Source: an uncultured bacterium (GTDB lineage Bacteria; Oederibacteriota; JAAXVQ01; JAUVAV01). Taken from it: a DNA stretch of 64,000 bases. The position numbers and the translations under genes are program-made. The DNA is taken from contig CAVQBK010000004.1 in assembly GCA_963710755.1 (NCBI GenBank), positions 96,001-160,000 on the forward strand, read 5' to 3'. Under the pieces are notes generated by a model. It searched no databases. It was not told the origin of the DNA and was given only the letters and a program-made list of their open reading frames with translations. Below are positions 62,296 through 64,000 of this stretch, in pieces; position 1 is the first letter of the stretch, and each line of letters opens with the position of its first letter.

Positions 62296-62382
62296 GGGGA
62301 AGATTTTGTGGCACAAGTTAACAGGTTAAATCCTTGAGGCCATTGTTCTGTAAGTCCAACGGGGATTCAATATGTGGAATCC

Positions 62383-64000
62383 CTACCACCTTATGCCTTT
62401 TTTCTGGCTGTCGATAAAGTTTTTCTTGGTGGCATCCAGGTTCTTCTTGGCGTCGGCATCATCAGGATTTTCTTTGACCAGCTTCTCCCAGGTCTGCATG
62501 GCGTTTTTGAGATCGCCGTGCTTGGCCTGGTTGACCGCTTCCTTGTAAAGGCTGCGTTTTTTATTTTCTTTCTGGTTGACCGTGGCTTGTTTGAGTTTGG
62601 CTTTTTCCGCTTCGGTCAGGCGGTTGCGGGCAAAAGTAAGATAACGGTAAACCTGCTTTTGCAGGGGCGTGTTCTCGATGACCGTTTCCCAATAGTTGAT
62701 AGCCTTGGCCCAATCGCGCTGCGTGTAGGCCTGCAGGCCCTTCTGATAAGCTTCGCGAATATTGCGGATCTGGTTGACATTGGTCATACTGGCATCCTGA
62801 CCCAGGCGCTGAGCTCGTTTTTCCGCCCTGCCATAGAGCTGCTTGGCGAATTGGTTCTCCGGATCACGATCAAGCACTGCCCGGCATTCCACCATCACAT
62901 CAATATAACGTTGATCCTGGTAATAATCATTGGCCAGCTTAAGGGATTCCGAATTTTGTTTGCGCATGACCGCTTGCTTGGCCAGTTCCAGCCGGTGCTG
63001 GACATCTTTATTTTCCGGCTCCCAATCGAGCACCTTTTCCCACAGGGGCACTGCTGCCGCATAGTCACCCTTTTCAGTCAGGGTCATAGCCTGCTGGCGG
63101 TAATCGTCAATCATCTTATTTTTTAAATTGTCAATGATGGCCTGACGTTTTTTAGCTTCATCAGCCGCCCGGTTGGCGCGCAGATCGTCAATGCTGCGGC
63201 CAAGGGAAGCAGTGATGGTTACCAAATGGCGCATGCCGATTTCAGGAAAGCTGACGGCATAATCTAGAGTGACATTTTGATAGCTTACACCCAGGCCTGC
63301 GGATACATACTCCTGATCCCAGCCGCCGCGAATAGCCACCATGTTCCAGAGACGATAATCCAGGCCAACATGCAGCCGCGTTTGCGCGGTTTCCGGTTTT
63401 TCCACATCCACGGCCAATTGAAACTGATCCTGCAGCTGGGGCAGAAAGCTCAAGGTCACCCCGGCACCGGCACGCCAATTGGTGAACAAGCGGTCGTGGT
63501 TTTGCGCAAGCGTCAATATGGGGGTTACCGCGTTGCGGCAGCTGAGGCCTACGCGTACATTGCGAAACACACCTGTGGCCTGTGCGCCCAGTCCATAACC
63601 AGGATAATTAAATAAGAGGCCAAGGTCCATACCGGGAGCCATACTTTCCAATCCGTCCAGGCGCAGATCGTGGATTTTGACAGCCAGCCCTCCGGCTAAA
63701 TAAGGCAGAAAAGGATAAGCATAGCCCAGCGTGGCTTCCTGCTCCATCAGGCCAAAGGTGCCCTTGGGTAAATTAAACTCATCGCGACGCTCCAAGCCGC
63801 CGGTTTCCATACGCCGCAAGGCAATGCCGCCCCCACCGTAATCAAGGGTGGGGTAATTGAAAGCCAACGTATCATGATTGGTATCGCCGAATAATAAGGC
63901 ATGCTGTACGGATACGGTCATGGACGGGGAAAAGGCCAGGTTGGCCGGATTCCAAAGCAGGCTGTTGGCCGTGTCCACCAACACCAGCCCTGCGCCGCCC
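62383..64000 (-). CDS. PorV/PorQ-like beta-barrel fused to a TPR domain; 5' end outside the window
   Basis: GGA...D.....WNPA motif; amphipathic strands ending AIRGG...AGLG...DYA; TPR-like C-terminal half. Confidence 0.75.
   Translation of the reverse strand, partial: GGAGLVLVDTANSLLWNPANLAFSPSMTVSVQHALLFGDTNHDTLAFNYPTLDYGGGGIALRRMETGGLERRDEFNLPKGTFGLMEQEATLGYAYPFLPYLAGGLAVKIHDLRLDGLESMAPGMDLGLLFNYPGYGLGAQATGVFRNVRVGLSCRNAVTPILTLAQNHDRLFTNWRAGAGVTLSFLPQLQDQFQLAVDVEKPETAQTRLHVGLDYRLWNMVAIRGGWDQEYVSAGLGVSYQNVTLDYAVSFPEIGMRHLVTITASLGRSIDDLRANRAADEAKKRQAIIDNLKNKMIDDYRQQAMTLTEKGDYAAAVPLWEKVLDWEPENKDVQHRLELAKQAVMRKQNSESLKLANDYYQDQRYIDVMVECRAVLDRDPENQFAKQLYGRAEKRAQRLGQDASMTNVNQIRNIREAYQKGLQAYTQRDWAKAINYWETVIENTPLQKQVYRYLTFARNRLTEAEKAKLKQATVNQKENKKRSLYKEAVNQAKHGDLKNAMQTWEKLVKENPDDADAKKNLDATKKNFIDSQKKGIRW

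Noticed and set aside
62374-63126. 250-aa + strand ORF and other long antisense ORFs in the track
   Set aside because: They are shadows of well-supported opposite-strand genes and carry no motifs.

Overview
Mostly core-genome bacterial DNA of moderate GC content. Taken together, a T9SS-type C-terminal domain, Thr/Pro linkers, a PorV-like barrel, CsaB, SpoVS and a giant secreted protein suggest an uncultivated diderm candidate lineage, such as FCPU426 or an Elusimicrobia/Omnitrophota-like group; this assignment is inference only. From 1 to 42.6 kb the window carries an S8 protease, mltG-DUF5693-csaB, an old yellow enzyme, ftsEX-envC-ctpA, tsaD, dusB, an orphan HEPN gene, a TPR lipoprotein, a degenerate NadE paralogue, rsmI, spoVS, an FtsH-like protease with a lipoprotein, an esterase, CIRCE-groESL, guaBA-yjbQ, dnaE, an O-antigen-ligase/TPR protein, comM, a response regulator, parAB-M23-bactofilin-gltX and tRNA-Gln. 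From 42.7 to 49.8 kb lies an accessory redox/stress patch around tRNA-Glu. From 50.6 to 59.4 kb is what appears to be one giant (~8.8 kb) modular secreted-protein gene, with clean N- and C-terminal modules and a frameshift-riddled, glycogen-synthase-like central cargo. From 60.5 to 62.3 kb a putative SOS-boxed promoter drives a ~160-nt structured leader and an orphan ORF upstream of lexA. The window ends inside a PorV-like barrel-TPR gene. The top candidates for a new system are the giant modular protein locus and the LexA-controlled structured RNA/orphan ORF unit.
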